Of a stretch of DNA of 64,000 nt, positions 49,165 to 59,562 are shown piece by piece; the first letter of the stretch is position 1, and each line of letters opens with the position of its first letter. Where the stretch lies: NCBI GenBank assembly GCA_009772965.1, contig WPAF01000001.1:78639-142638 (forward strand). Reading direction: 5' to 3'. Source of the stretch: Candidatus Saganbacteria bacterium. Lineage in GTDB: Bacteria; Margulisbacteria; WOR-1; XYC2-FULL-46-14; WPAF01. Below the pieces are notes generated by a model that was given only the letters and a program-made list of their open reading frames with translations, was not told the origin of the DNA and ran no database searches. The position numbers and the translations under genes were made by a program.

Positions 49165-49874
49165 TTTTTTAACACCTTCTTTTGCTCTTTTACGAGTTTA
49201 TCAATCCCTTGCTGGGCATATTCCACCAATTCAATTAAATCGTTTTTTGAAAATGGTGCGCCCTCCGCCGTGCCCTGGATCTCAACCAATTTCCCTGATT
49301 CCGTCATAACCACATTCATATCAACCTCGGCATTTGAATCTTCAATGTAGCACAAATCAACAACTTTACTGTTTTCTATAATGCCTACGGAAACCGCCGC
49401 CAAAAATTCCTTAATCGGGTTGTTTTCAATCTTTTTGGATTTTAACAATCCAAAGACCGCATCCTGCATGGCTAAAAAACAACCAGTGATCGCGGCAGTT
49501 CTTGTCCCTCCGTCAGCTTGAATTACATCAGCATCTAAAATGATGGTTCTTTCGCCCAGGATTTTAAAATCAATTACTGCCCTTAATGACCTTCCAATTA
49601 ATCTTTGTATTTCATGGGTTCGTCCGCGAGTTTTAAATGTTTCGCGGGTGGTTCTTTGATGGGTGGCTCGAGGAAGCATCGCGTATTCGGCAGTAACCCA
49701 GCCTAATCCCGTGTTTTTCCTGTGGTAAGGGACATTTTCTTCAACTGTGGCGGAACAAATAACCTTTGTCTCTCCCAGCTCAATTAAAACAGAACCTTCC
49801 GCGTGTTTTAAATAATTTCTGGTCATCTTAACCGGACGGATTTGGTCGTCCCTGCGGCCGTCAGGCCTCGACAT
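49161..49874 (-). CDS. rph: Ribonuclease PH
   Basis: 237 aa; [38 protein letters not shown]. Confidence 0.85.
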   Translation of the reverse strand: MSRPDGRRDDQIRPVKMTRNYLKHAEGSVLIELGETKVICSATVEENVPYHRKNTGLGWVTAEYAMLPRATHQRTTRETFKTRGRTHEIQRLIGRSLRAVIDFKILGERTIILDADVIQADGGTRTAAITGCFLAMQDAVFGLLKSKKIENNPIKEFLAAVSVGIIENSKVVDLCYIEDSNAEVDMNVVMTESGKLVEIQGTAEGAPFSKNDLIELVEYAQQGIDKLVKEQKKVLKK

Positions 49875-50295
49875 TTTCAGTTTTCCCTTGAACGTTTTTA
49901 TTCAATCTTTCCCGCCCAGCCTTAATCGTTCGAAGTATTCTGGTAGTTGAAAGTTCAATATTAGATAAAACCTCATCGGCATATTTATCCGCGCCCTCTC
50001 TTATTTCTTTTGCCAGCAAATAAGCCTGTTTAACCATGTCCTCAGCTTTAACATCGCCGGATGGATTGGCGTTTGTCACAATTACTGTTTCAGTAATTTG
50101 CATTTCTGCTGTTTTATTTTCCTTATCAATGATTGATTTTTTCGCGAAATTATCGCCGCTTTGCAAAACCAGCCGCATTTTATCAATAATTTTCAATATC
50201 TGTTCTTCGTTTAGTAGCACCTTTTTAGTCAGGGGGATTTTAAAACCTTCAAGTATCATAGACTCGAGCGTATCAAGCAACCCTAGTATCTCCAT
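49861..50295 (-). CDS. Hypothetical protein (144 aa), charged and probably helical
   Basis: ORF tightly coupled between coaD and rph; no recognisable motif. Confidence 0.4.
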   Translation of the reverse strand: MEILGLLDTLESMILEGFKIPLTKKVLLNEEQILKIIDKMRLVLQSGDNFAKKSIIDKENKTAEMQITETVIVTNANPSGDVKAEDMVKQAYLLAKEIREGADKYADEVLSNIELSTTRILRTIKAGRERLNKNVQGKTENVEA

Positions 50296-50296
50296 A

Positions 50297-50767
50297 TTAT
50301 CCTCCCTTTAACTCTTTTTCAACATTGTGCGGAACCATTCCAGAAACCGAACCGCCAAGCTTTGAAATTTGCCGAACCATGCTTGAACTCAGATAAGCAT
50401 ACTTATAATCAGTCATGAAGAAAATTGTTTCAATATCGGGACACATTTTCCTATTCGTTAAAGCCATCTGGAATTCATATTCAAAATCAGAAACCGCCCT
50501 CAATCCTCTTATTATAGCAGATGCGTTTTTCTTTTTCGCATAATCAACCAATAAGCCGTCAAAAATCTCAACCACTACATTTTTTAAGTACTTTACGGCG
50601 CCTTTTATCATTTTTTGCCTGGTTTTAAAATCAAAATTTTCTTTTTTATCAGGATTTTTTATAACCGCGACATACACTTTCCCAAAAATACTTGCCGCCC
50701 TCTCAACTATATCCACATGCCCATAAGTTACAGGGTCAAAACTTCCCGGATAGACAGCAATTTTCAT
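50297..50767 (-). CDS. coaD: Phosphopantetheine adenylyltransferase
   Basis: 156 aa; KIAVYPGSFDPVTYGHVDI. Confidence 0.9.
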   Translation of the reverse strand: MKIAVYPGSFDPVTYGHVDIVERAASIFGKVYVAVIKNPDKKENFDFKTRQKMIKGAVKYLKNVVVEIFDGLLVDYAKKKNASAIIRGLRAVSDFEYEFQMALTNRKMCPDIETIFFMTDYKYAYLSSSMVRQISKLGGSVSGMVPHNVEKELKGG

Positions 50768-51316
50768 TTACTGCTCCTTGTAAAAGCTAAAAACCGTATC
50801 GCCATATCTCTCTGACCTTATTTTTTTCAGTTTGCCAAATTCTTCGGCCAAATCCTGTTTATGCCTGTGTTCAGCGATAATAACGCCCGAATCCTTTAAT
50901 AAAGAATATTCCCCCAGATAAATAAGCGTTTCTTCCAACCCTTTAAAGCCGTAAGGCGCTCCTGCAAATATTATATCAAACTTCACCCCTTTTTTATTAA
51001 ATATTATTAATGCCCTGTTTACCGGAAGGGAATATACTTCCGCGTTATCGGCAAATCCGCATAATTTGAGATTTTCCCAAATAACAGGAATGCTTTTCCT
51101 GTCAATTTCAACAAAAAAAGCAATTCTTGCCCCGCGCGACAGGGCTTCTATTCCAACAGCGCCGCTTCCCGCGAAAAGATCCAAAAAATCACATTCAGGC
51201 GTTTTGGCCGCGAAAATATTAAACAAAGCTTCCTTGGCCTGTGAAGTAAGCGGACGGATATTCCCTTTAGGAACTTTTAATTGCCTTCCTTTGGCTTTCC
51301 CAGAGATCACTCGCAT
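50768..51316 (-). CDS. rsmD: 16S rRNA (guanine966-N2)-methyltransferase RsmD
   Basis: The ORF-track entry extends to 51361. The conserved start [13 protein letters not shown] is at 51316. DLFAGSGAVGIEALSRGA motif. Confidence 0.8.
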   Translation of the reverse strand: MRVISGKAKGRQLKVPKGNIRPLTSQAKEALFNIFAAKTPECDFLDLFAGSGAVGIEALSRGARIAFFVEIDRKSIPVIWENLKLCGFADNAEVYSLPVNRALIIFNKKGVKFDIIFAGAPYGFKGLEETLIYLGEYSLLKDSGVIIAEHRHKQDLAEEFGKLKKIRSERYGDTVFSFYKEQ

Positions 51317-53267
51317 TTTTAAAATCCTCCAAAATAAATTGTTCCGCTGCTGAGCGGGCATATCTCAGTATTTTCTCATCTTTTATAATATCTGCTAACT
51401 TAAATTCAGGCAATCCCGATTGCTTAGTGCCAAAAAAATCACCCGGCCCCCTTAATTTTAAATCAATTTCCGCGATTTTAAAACCGTCAATATGATCAAT
51501 CATCGCTTTTATCCTGGCTTTTGCTTCTTTTGTTTTTGGCTCAGACATTAAAAAGCAATATGATTCGCTGTCCCCCCTCCCAACCCTACCCCTTAATTGG
51601 TGCAGCTGTGACAAGCCAAACCTCTCCGCATGTTCAATAACCATAATTGAAGCATTCGGGATATCAATTCCAACTTCTATGACAGTGGTTGATACTAATA
51701 ATTGGATGATATTGTTTTTAAATTCTTCCATAACCTTTTCTTTTTCCTGGGATTTCATTCTCCCGTGGATCAGGCCGACTTTATATTCAGAAAAAATATT
51801 TTGAAGCAGTTTGGCCTCATCAATAGCCGCCTTTAAATCAAGAACCTCTGATTCTTCAACCAACGGGCATACCACAAATATTTGCCTGCCTTCTTTTATT
51901 TTTTTCTTCATAAACTCATAGGAGCTTTTTCTTTTCGCTTCAGAAACAAAGCAGGTTTTAATTGGTATCCTGCCTACAGGCATTTCATCAATTTCTGAAC
52001 GCTCTAAATCTCCGTAAAGTATTAGGGCGAGAGATCTGGGTATTGGAGTCGCAGACATGTATAAAATATTAGGACGATATCCTTTTTCTGAAAGTTTTGC
52101 CCTTTGGTCAACCCCAAACCGGTGCTGTTCATCAATTATTACAAGCCCCAACTTTTTGATTTTGATCTTCTCCTCTATCAGCGCGTGGGTGCCAATTAAT
52201 AAATCAGCGCCAGCGACTGGCAGGCAGGACTGTTTTAATGATGCCGACGTGATCAACCTGATTTTATAGCCAGGCAGTAATTTAGACATTTTTTCAAAAT
52301 GCTGGTTAGCCAGTATTTCTGTTGGAGCCATTACCGCCGCTTGATACCCATTGTTAATTGCAATTAAAGCCGAAAGCACCGCGATAATTGTTTTGCCTGA
52401 ACCAACGTCTCCCTGCAGCAGGCGGTTCATGGAATAATCATTTGCCAAATCAATTTTTATTTCGTCAAAAACCTTTTTTTGAGAAGTTGTTAGGGAAAAT
52501 GGCAGGTTTGCCATAAAACTTGAAACCAATTTTTCAGGTATCTTTAAGGCAATCCCTTTTTCTGCCGCGGTTATTTTTTTGTTTAAATTAAGCCCCATTT
52601 GAAAGATAAAAAATTCCTCAAAGACAATTCGATAGCGGGCTTTTTCAATTTGCGTAAAATTCTCCGGAAAATGAAGGCTTTTCACCGCAGGCGCTTTACT
52701 AATCAAATCATGTTTAGATTTTAAAGAATCGGGAAAATTATCAATTATCAAATCAGAATAATTTTCAAGCGCGAAAAACATTAAATTTCTAATTTTTTTT
52801 GGATAAAGGCCGTCGGTCAGCGAGTAAACCGGAATAATTGAAAGCGTTGTTTCAAAATCCCAATCTTTCGCGATGATTTGCATTCCTCCCTCGTAAAGAT
52901 CAACTTCTGGCCTGCCGGACAGCAGAATCTTCATGCCCGGCCTAAAAACATTCATTAAAAACGGCTGGTTAAAAAATACGGCTTTTATTTGCCCTGAATT
53001 GTCTGACATAATAATTTTAATGATTGACAGCCGATTCCTGGTTTGTTTAAGCTCAATATGATCAATTTGCCCTATAATTAAAACCTTATCAAGCCCGATA
53101 GAAATTTGTCTTATTGGCATTATTTTACTGCGGTCTTCATATTCGCGGGGAAAATAATACAGCAGGTCTTCAACAGTAAAAACATCTATTTTTGCAAATA
53201 TTTTGGCAAGCTTGGGGCCAACTCCTTTTAAGTACTGGATGGGCATTTTCTTTGACATTTTCACCAT
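51267..53267 (-). CDS. recG: ATP-dependent DNA helicase RecG
   Basis: 666 aa; Walker [16 protein letters not shown], helicase C motifs. Confidence 0.85.
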   Translation of the reverse strand: MVKMSKKMPIQYLKGVGPKLAKIFAKIDVFTVEDLLYYFPREYEDRSKIMPIRQISIGLDKVLIIGQIDHIELKQTRNRLSIIKIIMSDNSGQIKAVFFNQPFLMNVFRPGMKILLSGRPEVDLYEGGMQIIAKDWDFETTLSIIPVYSLTDGLYPKKIRNLMFFALENYSDLIIDNFPDSLKSKHDLISKAPAVKSLHFPENFTQIEKARYRIVFEEFFIFQMGLNLNKKITAAEKGIALKIPEKLVSSFMANLPFSLTTSQKKVFDEIKIDLANDYSMNRLLQGDVGSGKTIIAVLSALIAINNGYQAAVMAPTEILANQHFEKMSKLLPGYKIRLITSASLKQSCLPVAGADLLIGTHALIEEKIKIKKLGLVIIDEQHRFGVDQRAKLSEKGYRPNILYMSATPIPRSLALILYGDLERSEIDEMPVGRIPIKTCFVSEAKRKSSYEFMKKKIKEGRQIFVVCPLVEESEVLDLKAAIDEAKLLQNIFSEYKVGLIHGRMKSQEKEKVMEEFKNNIIQLLVSTTVIEVGIDIPNASIMVIEHAERFGLSQLHQLRGRVGRGDSESYCFLMSEPKTKEAKARIKAMIDHIDGFKIAEIDLKLRGPGDFFGTKQSGLPEFKLADIIKDEKILRYARSAAEQFILEDFKNASDLWESQRKAIKSS

Positions 53268-53289
53268 TTTATCATATAATATTTACATT

Positions 53290-53481
53290 ATGAGTAGAAA
53301 GTGTTACGTTTGCGGCAAGGTGCCGGTTGTTGGCAATTGCGTAAGCCACAGCAACAAAAAAACAAAAAGGCGCTGGCTTCCAAATCTTCAAAAAATCCAC
53401 ATTTTAGTTGGCGGCAAAAAGCTTCGCGAGTATGTTTGCACAAAGTGCATAAAAGCCGGCAAAATAAAAAAGACTATTTAA
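53290..53481 (+). CDS. rpmB: 50S ribosomal protein L28
   Basis: [37 protein letters not shown]... The conserved start is at 53290; the ORF-track entry begins upstream at 53203. Confidence 0.85.
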   Translation: MSRKCYVCGKVPVVGNCVSHSNKKTKRRWLPNLQKIHILVGGKKLREYVCTKCIKAGKIKKTI

Positions 53482-54481
53482 CCCTTGCTTTCTGGTGTTC
53501 CTTCAAGGTTTTTGAAAATATATGGCTACCATCTTTTTGCGCGGCAAAGTAAAGGAAGCTTGTTTTGGCAGGGAAAATCGCGGCTTTAATTGAGTCTAAC
53601 CCAGGATTGCAAATCGGCCCCGGCGGCAAACCCCTTAAAAGATACGTATTATAGGGGGATTTTACTTTTAACTGGTTAAAATAAACTATTTTGCTTGGTC
53701 TCTCAAGGGCATATTTTACGGTTGAACAGGATTCAAGCGCCATATTTATTGTTAAACGGTTATGAAAAACTGATGAAATCACGGCTCTTTCTTGGCTTGA
53801 CGCCGCTTCTTTCTCAATTACTGATGCCAATGTTATAACTTCATGCAGGCTAAGCTTTGTAAAATTTTTATTGCTTTCCCAGTAAGGAAGCACAACTTCG
53901 GCAAATCTATTTAGCATAAGCCTGGCCAAGGCCTCAGCTGTAATATTTTTATTGATTCTATAGGTATCCGGAAAAAGATATCCTTCAAGAGATCTGGTGG
54001 AAATGGTTTTAAGGAAAATATATTCTGAGCTGTTTCTTCTTTTAAAATCCGAATCGGTTAACTTCCTAAATTCGTAAAATGATGGAATGCCGTTTGCTTC
54101 AAGGATTGTCCCGATTTTATATATTGAAGAGCCCTCTGGGATAATTAATTTGACCGGTTTTTCTTGTGATATTTCGCCCGTTTTCAGCTTTAATACAACT
54201 TGATAAAGCTTGGAATTGGGGTAAAAAAGATATTTGCCGGCTTGAATTTTTTCCGTCAGCCCAAGCGTTTTTGCTACAATCGAAAAATCCCGCTTTCTTC
54301 TTATGACCTTGCTTTCTAAAAGCAGTCCTGCAATTTTATTCGCAGAAAAGCCTTTTTTTATTTCAATCTCTATGGGCTGGCTGTTTTTTCCTGTTTGAAA
54401 AAACATTGAGATGAAAGCAAATGACAACAAAACCGTTAAAACAATAGTAATGATAAAAGCTATTTTAGGTATTATTTTCAT
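53474..54481 (-). CDS. mltG: Endolytic murein transglycosylase MltG (YceG family)
   Basis: 335 aa; N-terminal TM then YceG-like domain. Confidence 0.75.
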   Translation of the reverse strand: MKIIPKIAFIITIVLTVLLSFAFISMFFQTGKNSQPIEIEIKKGFSANKIAGLLLESKVIRRKRDFSIVAKTLGLTEKIQAGKYLFYPNSKLYQVVLKLKTGEISQEKPVKLIIPEGSSIYKIGTILEANGIPSFYEFRKLTDSDFKRRNSSEYIFLKTISTRSLEGYLFPDTYRINKNITAEALARLMLNRFAEVVLPYWESNKNFTKLSLHEVITLASVIEKEAASSQERAVISSVFHNRLTINMALESCSTVKYALERPSKIVYFNQLKVKSPYNTYLLRGLPPGPICNPGLDSIKAAIFPAKTSFLYFAAQKDGSHIFSKTLKEHQKARVK

Positions 54482-54896
54482 GTTTTTTATAATCTAAGTA
54501 ACTTTGTAGAATATTGGCAGCGGCCGATTTATCAACCACTTTCCTGATTTTTCTGCTATTTAGGCCTGCGTCTTTTAGCGCCCTTTCAGCTTCTTTTGTG
54601 GACAATCTTTCATCCCAGGTATATATTGGAACCCGAAGCTTTTCCTTTATATAATCAACAAACCTTAAAACCTTTTCCGCCTGAATCCCAAGTTCTCCCG
54701 ACATTTTTTTAGGCAAGCCCACAACTATCCCATTAACCCCATCGAATTTTTTAATGACCTGGTTTATTTCTGCTAAATCCTTATCAAATGTATTTCCCTT
54801 GCCTACTACCGCCACACCCAAAGCAAATGATCCCAGCGGATCGCTTATCGCTATGCCAATTCTTTTATCTCCATAATCAATCCCCAATAATCTCAT
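54465..54896 (-). CDS. ruvX: Holliday-junction resolvase-like RuvX/YqgF
   Basis: 143 aa; MRLLGIDYGDKRIGIAISD. Confidence 0.85.
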   Translation of the reverse strand: MRLLGIDYGDKRIGIAISDPLGSFALGVAVVGKGNTFDKDLAEINQVIKKFDGVNGIVVGLPKKMSGELGIQAEKVLRFVDYIKEKLRVPIYTWDERLSTKEAERALKDAGLNSRKIRKVVDKSAAANILQSYLDYKKHENNT

Positions 54897-57517
54897 AATG
54901 TTTCAAGCGCTTTTGATAATGCTTGTTCAAGCATTGCCGGATTTCCCCCGCCAGCTTCCGCCCTTTGTTTTTTACCCCCGCCCTTTGAACCAATTATTTC
55001 AGAAATTACTTTAATAAAATCCGTCGCGCTGTATTTCCCTGTTAAATCATTGCTGACAGAGGCAAAGATGGAAATTTTTCCATTGATGTTCGCGGCTAAT
55101 ATTATTACCCCAATCCCTTGATTTTTCAGCAAATCGCCAATTATCCTTAAATTCGACATCGAAACATTTGTTAATTCTTCGGCTATTACTTTTATTCCTT
55201 TGATTTCCTTGGCTTTTTTTGCTATTTCTTCTATATCCTTTATCGCATTTTTCTCAATTATCTTTTCAATTTCTTTCTCAAGTTTTTTATTTCTTTCAAT
55301 AAGCCAATCAACTCGGCCTTTTAAATGGCTCATGAACTTATTTACGCTTATTATATCTTTGGCATCCACTGAGCGGCCAATCCTGATTAATTCTTCCTGG
55401 TCAATTTCAAAGATTCTCGTTTCAAGTTTTGCTAGGCCGCCAAGCTTTTCATATCCTGCGCTCAATTCGCTGTTAGTTTTCATCAGCTTAATAATTTCAT
55501 CCTTTATTTTTTTACCCTGGTATACAACATATATTTTGGCAAAAGACCCGGCAATTGCTTCGATCCTTCTTACTCCTGACTGAAGAGCTTCCTCTTTTGT
55601 AATTTTGAAGAATTGGATATCTTTTGTGTTTTTAACGTGGCAGCCGCCGCAAAGCTCGCTGCTTACCCCGTTAATTTTAACTACCCTGACTTTTTTACCA
55701 TATTTATCGCCAAAGAGCGCAATTACTCCCATTTTCATGGCCGATTCAATTGAAGTTTCAGCCGTTTCAACTTTTATTTCTTTGATAATATTGTCATTTA
55801 CAAATTTTTCTATCTTTTCAATTTCCTCAGTTGTTAATGGCTTATGCCAGCTGAAATCAAATCTTAAATGGTTTGGCCCGACAAATGAACCGGACTGCTT
55901 TGCGTCAACGCTTAAGATATTCCTCAAGCCGGCGTGCAGCAAATGGGTTGCGGTATGGTGCATTGCCGTGTTTTCTCGTCTGCTGGAATTTATTTTAACA
56001 TTTACGCTTTGTTTTACCGAAAATCCTTCCGTGCTTATAACTTTATGAAGTAATACCCCATTTATCTCCCCTAAAGTGTCAATAACAAGCATCTCTTTAT
56101 CATTTACATAAATTATCCCGGTATCTCCAACTTGTCCGCCGCTTTCAGGATAAAATGGGGATTTTTCCAGAATAATCATATCCTCTTCAATCCCTATTAT
56201 CTTGGCAGAACATTCATTTTTATCATAACCGATAAATTTTGTCGGCTGGTAATTATCATATTTTTTACTGGTTTCAATAGTTTTAATGCTTCTGGAGCGG
56301 CTGCGCTGGGTCTCCATTGCGGCGTTAAAACCAGCTTCATCAATTCTTATTCCCTTCGCGATTTCCTTTGTCAATTCAATAGGAAAGCCATAAGTATCAT
56401 GCAGCTTAAAAGCTTCTTCTCCAGAAATGGCCTTTTTTTTAAGCAACTGATTCAGCATTTTCATCCCGGATTCGAGAGTCAGCAAAAAGTTTTCCTGCTC
56501 ATTTTTCAAAATATCATGTATTTTTTTTGAATTATTTGAAATTTCAGGATAGGTGTTTTTTCCAAGCTCTATCGCAGTTTCCGCAATTTTAGGCAGGAAT
56601 ATCCCTTTTATTTTTTGGCCATGCAAAACCATCCGCCGAATTATCCTCTTTAAAACATATCCCCGCCCCTCATTGCCCGGAATAACCCCATCAGCAATTA
56701 AATATACGGCAGCCCTAATATGGTCGGCAATAATTCTCCTTGATATTTCATTCCCTTCAGGCATCATGCCCAATATCGGCATAAAAAGATCTGTGCCAAA
56801 ATTGCTGTCCGCATTTTGTAAAACCCTTGCAATGCGTTCAAGCCCCATGCCGGTATCAATATTTTTTGCAGGAAGTGTATTTAATTTCCCGTTTGCGTCC
56901 CTGTTAAACTCAATAAAGACCAAGTTCCATATTTCAAGGAACCTCTCACACTCACAACCCGGTGAGCAGTTTGGCCTGCCGCAGCCTTTTTCTCTGCCAA
57001 AATCATAATAAATCTCAGAACACGGCCCGCATGGGCCAACAGGCCCCGCCGCCCAGAAATTATTTTCCTCGTCCAGGCGAAAAATATTTTCTTTTCCCAC
57101 ATTAAAGCTTTGGTTCCATATATTAAACGCCTCGTCATCTTTTTCGTATACAGCAATTTTTAATTTATCCTGCGGGATATCAAAGACTTTTGTCAGGAGT
57201 TTCCATGCGAAATCAATTGCTTCTTTTTTAAAATAGTCGCCAAAAGAAAAGTTTCCAAGCATTTCAAAAAAAGTATGGTGCCGGCTGGTTTGCCCCACAT
57301 TTTCAATATCATTCATGCGGATGCATTTCTGGATTGTCGCGGCACGCTTATATTTTGGCTTAACATCCCCTAAAAAGATCGGCTTAAACGGCAGCATGCC
57401 GGCCAAGGTTAAAAGAACGGTTGGATCTTCAGGCACCAAGGAAGCGGACGGCAAAATCTTATGGTTTTGTTTTTCAAAATAATCAAGGAACGTTTTTCTT
57501 ATTTGGCCGCTTTTCAT
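54893..57517 (-). CDS. alaS: Alanine--tRNA ligase
   Basis: 874 aa; class II motifs, HxxxH/CxxxH editing motifs (HHTATHLLH..., CGGCH). Confidence 0.9.
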   Translation of the reverse strand: MKSGQIRKTFLDYFEKQNHKILPSASLVPEDPTVLLTLAGMLPFKPIFLGDVKPKYKRAATIQKCIRMNDIENVGQTSRHHTFFEMLGNFSFGDYFKKEAIDFAWKLLTKVFDIPQDKLKIAVYEKDDEAFNIWNQSFNVGKENIFRLDEENNFWAAGPVGPCGPCSEIYYDFGREKGCGRPNCSPGCECERFLEIWNLVFIEFNRDANGKLNTLPAKNIDTGMGLERIARVLQNADSNFGTDLFMPILGMMPEGNEISRRIIADHIRAAVYLIADGVIPGNEGRGYVLKRIIRRMVLHGQKIKGIFLPKIAETAIELGKNTYPEISNNSKKIHDILKNEQENFLLTLESGMKMLNQLLKKKAISGEEAFKLHDTYGFPIELTKEIAKGIRIDEAGFNAAMETQRSRSRSIKTIETSKKYDNYQPTKFIGYDKNECSAKIIGIEEDMIILEKSPFYPESGGQVGDTGIIYVNDKEMLVIDTLGEINGVLLHKVISTEGFSVKQSVNVKINSSRRENTAMHHTATHLLHAGLRNILSVDAKQSGSFVGPNHLRFDFSWHKPLTTEEIEKIEKFVNDNIIKEIKVETAETSIESAMKMGVIALFGDKYGKKVRVVKINGVSSELCGGCHVKNTKDIQFFKITKEEALQSGVRRIEAIAGSFAKIYVVYQGKKIKDEIIKLMKTNSELSAGYEKLGGLAKLETRIFEIDQEELIRIGRSVDAKDIISVNKFMSHLKGRVDWLIERNKKLEKEIEKIIEKNAIKDIEEIAKKAKEIKGIKVIAEELTNVSMSNLRIIGDLLKNQGIGVIILAANINGKISIFASVSNDLTGKYSATDFIKVISEIIGSKGGGKKQRAEAGGGNPAMLEQALSKALETL

Positions 57518-58107
57518 ATTTTTAAAAATCCCCTGATTTCACGCTGCACTTCATCTATACTCCTGTATGTGTCAATTACTTTAATCCTTTGCGGATTTTT
57601 TGACGCGATATCCATATACTTTTCTTTTACCCTTTCATGGAATGCCATTATCTCTTTTTCAAACCTATTCATAACCCCCCTCTCAACCGTCCGCTGCAAA
57701 CCTTCTTCGATTTTTATATCCAATAGAAAGGTAATATCAGGCAATAGCCCCCTTGAAGAAATCCAATTAATGTATCTTACCATGTCTTCAGGAAGACCCC
57801 TGCCGCCCAGCTGATAGGCAATTGTTGAATCTATATAGCGGTCGGATATTACAATTTTCCCCGCCGACAAAGCCGGTTTGATTATTTTTTCAACATGCTC
57901 CACCCTATCCGCGGCAAAGAGGAAGATTTCAGACAGCGCTTCCAATGATTGGTCGTTATCAAGCAATATCTTCCTTAAATTGTTTTTAAAACCGCCGGGT
58001 TCTTTTGTTAAAACAACTTCCTTTTGAAAAAGCTCAAAATAATCCTTAAGCATTTTCGCGTGAGTTGACTTGCCGCAGCCCTCCCCGCCCTCAAATGTAA
58101 TAAACAT
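57514..58107 (-). CDS. tmk: Thymidylate kinase
   Basis: 197 aa; MFITFEGGEGCGKSTH P-loop. Confidence 0.85.
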   Translation of the reverse strand: MFITFEGGEGCGKSTHAKMLKDYFELFQKEVVLTKEPGGFKNNLRKILLDNDQSLEALSEIFLFAADRVEHVEKIIKPALSAGKIVISDRYIDSTIAYQLGGRGLPEDMVRYINWISSRGLLPDITFLLDIKIEEGLQRTVERGVMNRFEKEIMAFHERVKEKYMDIASKNPQRIKVIDTYRSIDEVQREIRGFLKI

Positions 58108-58116
58108 TGCTCCTCC

Positions 58117-59562
58117 TTATTTTAAACTAAATCCCAAGACAAATTCCTGCCGCATAACTTTATATGTTAAATCCACATCAAAGCAATGAAAAGATAATCC
58201 CGCGGTATAATCAATTTCCTGCGGAATAAAATCCGAAACCGAATATTCGCAATTAAAAGCGAAATTGCTGAAAAAAGATTTTTTCTTCAGCATTAATCCG
58301 ACTTTGTCTTTTGAAACAAACCGGTATTTTTCATAATTAAACGGGCTTTGCCCTAAATTAGAAAAGAAGTGCGAAAATTTAAGCTCGCCATTAAGTGTTT
58401 CATCAAAAGATTTTCTATATGCCAGGATTCCAATAGTTTTCAACCAATGGGTGCTGTTTCCATAAAAAGAAAGGTCGGCATCAAGCGAGGGGTAAAAGTC
58501 ATCATAAAAGACATATGCAAGCTTGCCCAAAAAATTAAATCTATAATGCGTATTTTTTGTGGTTTCTTCATCAATATTTCCCAGCTCTAAACTTCCTTCC
58601 ATGGCGCCAATTTTTTTACCCGATATTTTAATGTTTGGAAGCATGCTGACTCTTTCGAAGTTTATTCTTTCCCTGCTTGAGATTTTCACATCAAGCTCAT
58701 ATTTTTTTTGTTTTGGGACATCAAAATATACCGTCTTTTGGTCGATTTCCTGGCCAAAATAGTTTCTGTATTCAAGCCATCCTCTTAGGGATTCATAATT
58801 ACTGATAAATATTTCTCCGCAATATTCCTTATTATTATCTAGTCTGTAAAGAATATTAAACATTCCTCCTGTGCCTTTTCTAACAGCATGGTTTATCCCA
58901 TATTTCCCATTAATATCGGGGCGAAGATACCAAGACATGCTTTCCGATATCCACAAACCATCCTCGTCGTTAACGCCGATTTCTGGATAAGGCATAACAT
59001 TTTTTTTGCCTAATAGGTCAGCCCTAAAGTCATAAACATATACCGGCACCGGCAGGGACGGCAGGGATCCAAGCCAAAAAACACCCCAATATGCGGCAAA
59101 CCAGCCCTGCTTTTGATAAAGATCCAAACCCAACGCGGCTAAATGATAATGCGGCGGGGCAAGCCCGCAAGCGTCAAAAACGGCTCCTTTGATTTTAATC
59201 TCATTGCTGTTGAATTTAATCTCATCGCCCGTAATATTCGCTTTTTCATATTTTATTTTTACTGACTTTCCGCTTCCGGTTTCCTCGTTTATGTTATAGT
59301 TCAATTCTTTCCCGATAAAGTTAACGCCGTTAAATTGGAAATCAAAGCCTGAATCAAGAAATACTTCACGGCTTATAGAATTATAAATTAAGTGCTCGCC
59401 CAAGATTGTGATGTTTTTATACTTTGCCTCAACCGAGCCAAAGGCTTCAATTATGCCCTTTTCCTGGTTGTAGTCCATTTTGGAGGCATTTATAACAAGA
59501 TCTTTTTCCTGCGCTAACGCGATGCTTGAAAAAATAAAAATTGCTAAAAAGTACTTTTTCAT
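58117..59562 (-). CDS. Secreted OstA/LptD-N-terminal-like protein (compact LptD-like outer-membrane protein candidate)
   Basis: 481 aa; signal peptide MKKYFLAIFIFSSIALAQ. The N-terminal region (INASKMDYNQEKGIIEAFGSVEAKYKNITILGEHLIYN) fits the OstA-like fold pattern. Aromatic-rich C-terminus. Confidence 0.45.
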   Translation of the reverse strand: MKKYFLAIFIFSSIALAQEKDLVINASKMDYNQEKGIIEAFGSVEAKYKNITILGEHLIYNSISREVFLDSGFDFQFNGVNFIGKELNYNINEETGSGKSVKIKYEKANITGDEIKFNSNEIKIKGAVFDACGLAPPHYHLAALGLDLYQKQGWFAAYWGVFWLGSLPSLPVPVYVYDFRADLLGKKNVMPYPEIGVNDEDGLWISESMSWYLRPDINGKYGINHAVRKGTGGMFNILYRLDNNKEYCGEIFISNYESLRGWLEYRNYFGQEIDQKTVYFDVPKQKKYELDVKISSRERINFERVSMLPNIKISGKKIGAMEGSLELGNIDEETTKNTHYRFNFLGKLAYVFYDDFYPSLDADLSFYGNSTHWLKTIGILAYRKSFDETLNGELKFSHFFSNLGQSPFNYEKYRFVSKDKVGLMLKKKSFFSNFAFNCEYSVSDFIPQEIDYTAGLSFHCFDVDLTYKVMRQEFVLGFSLK

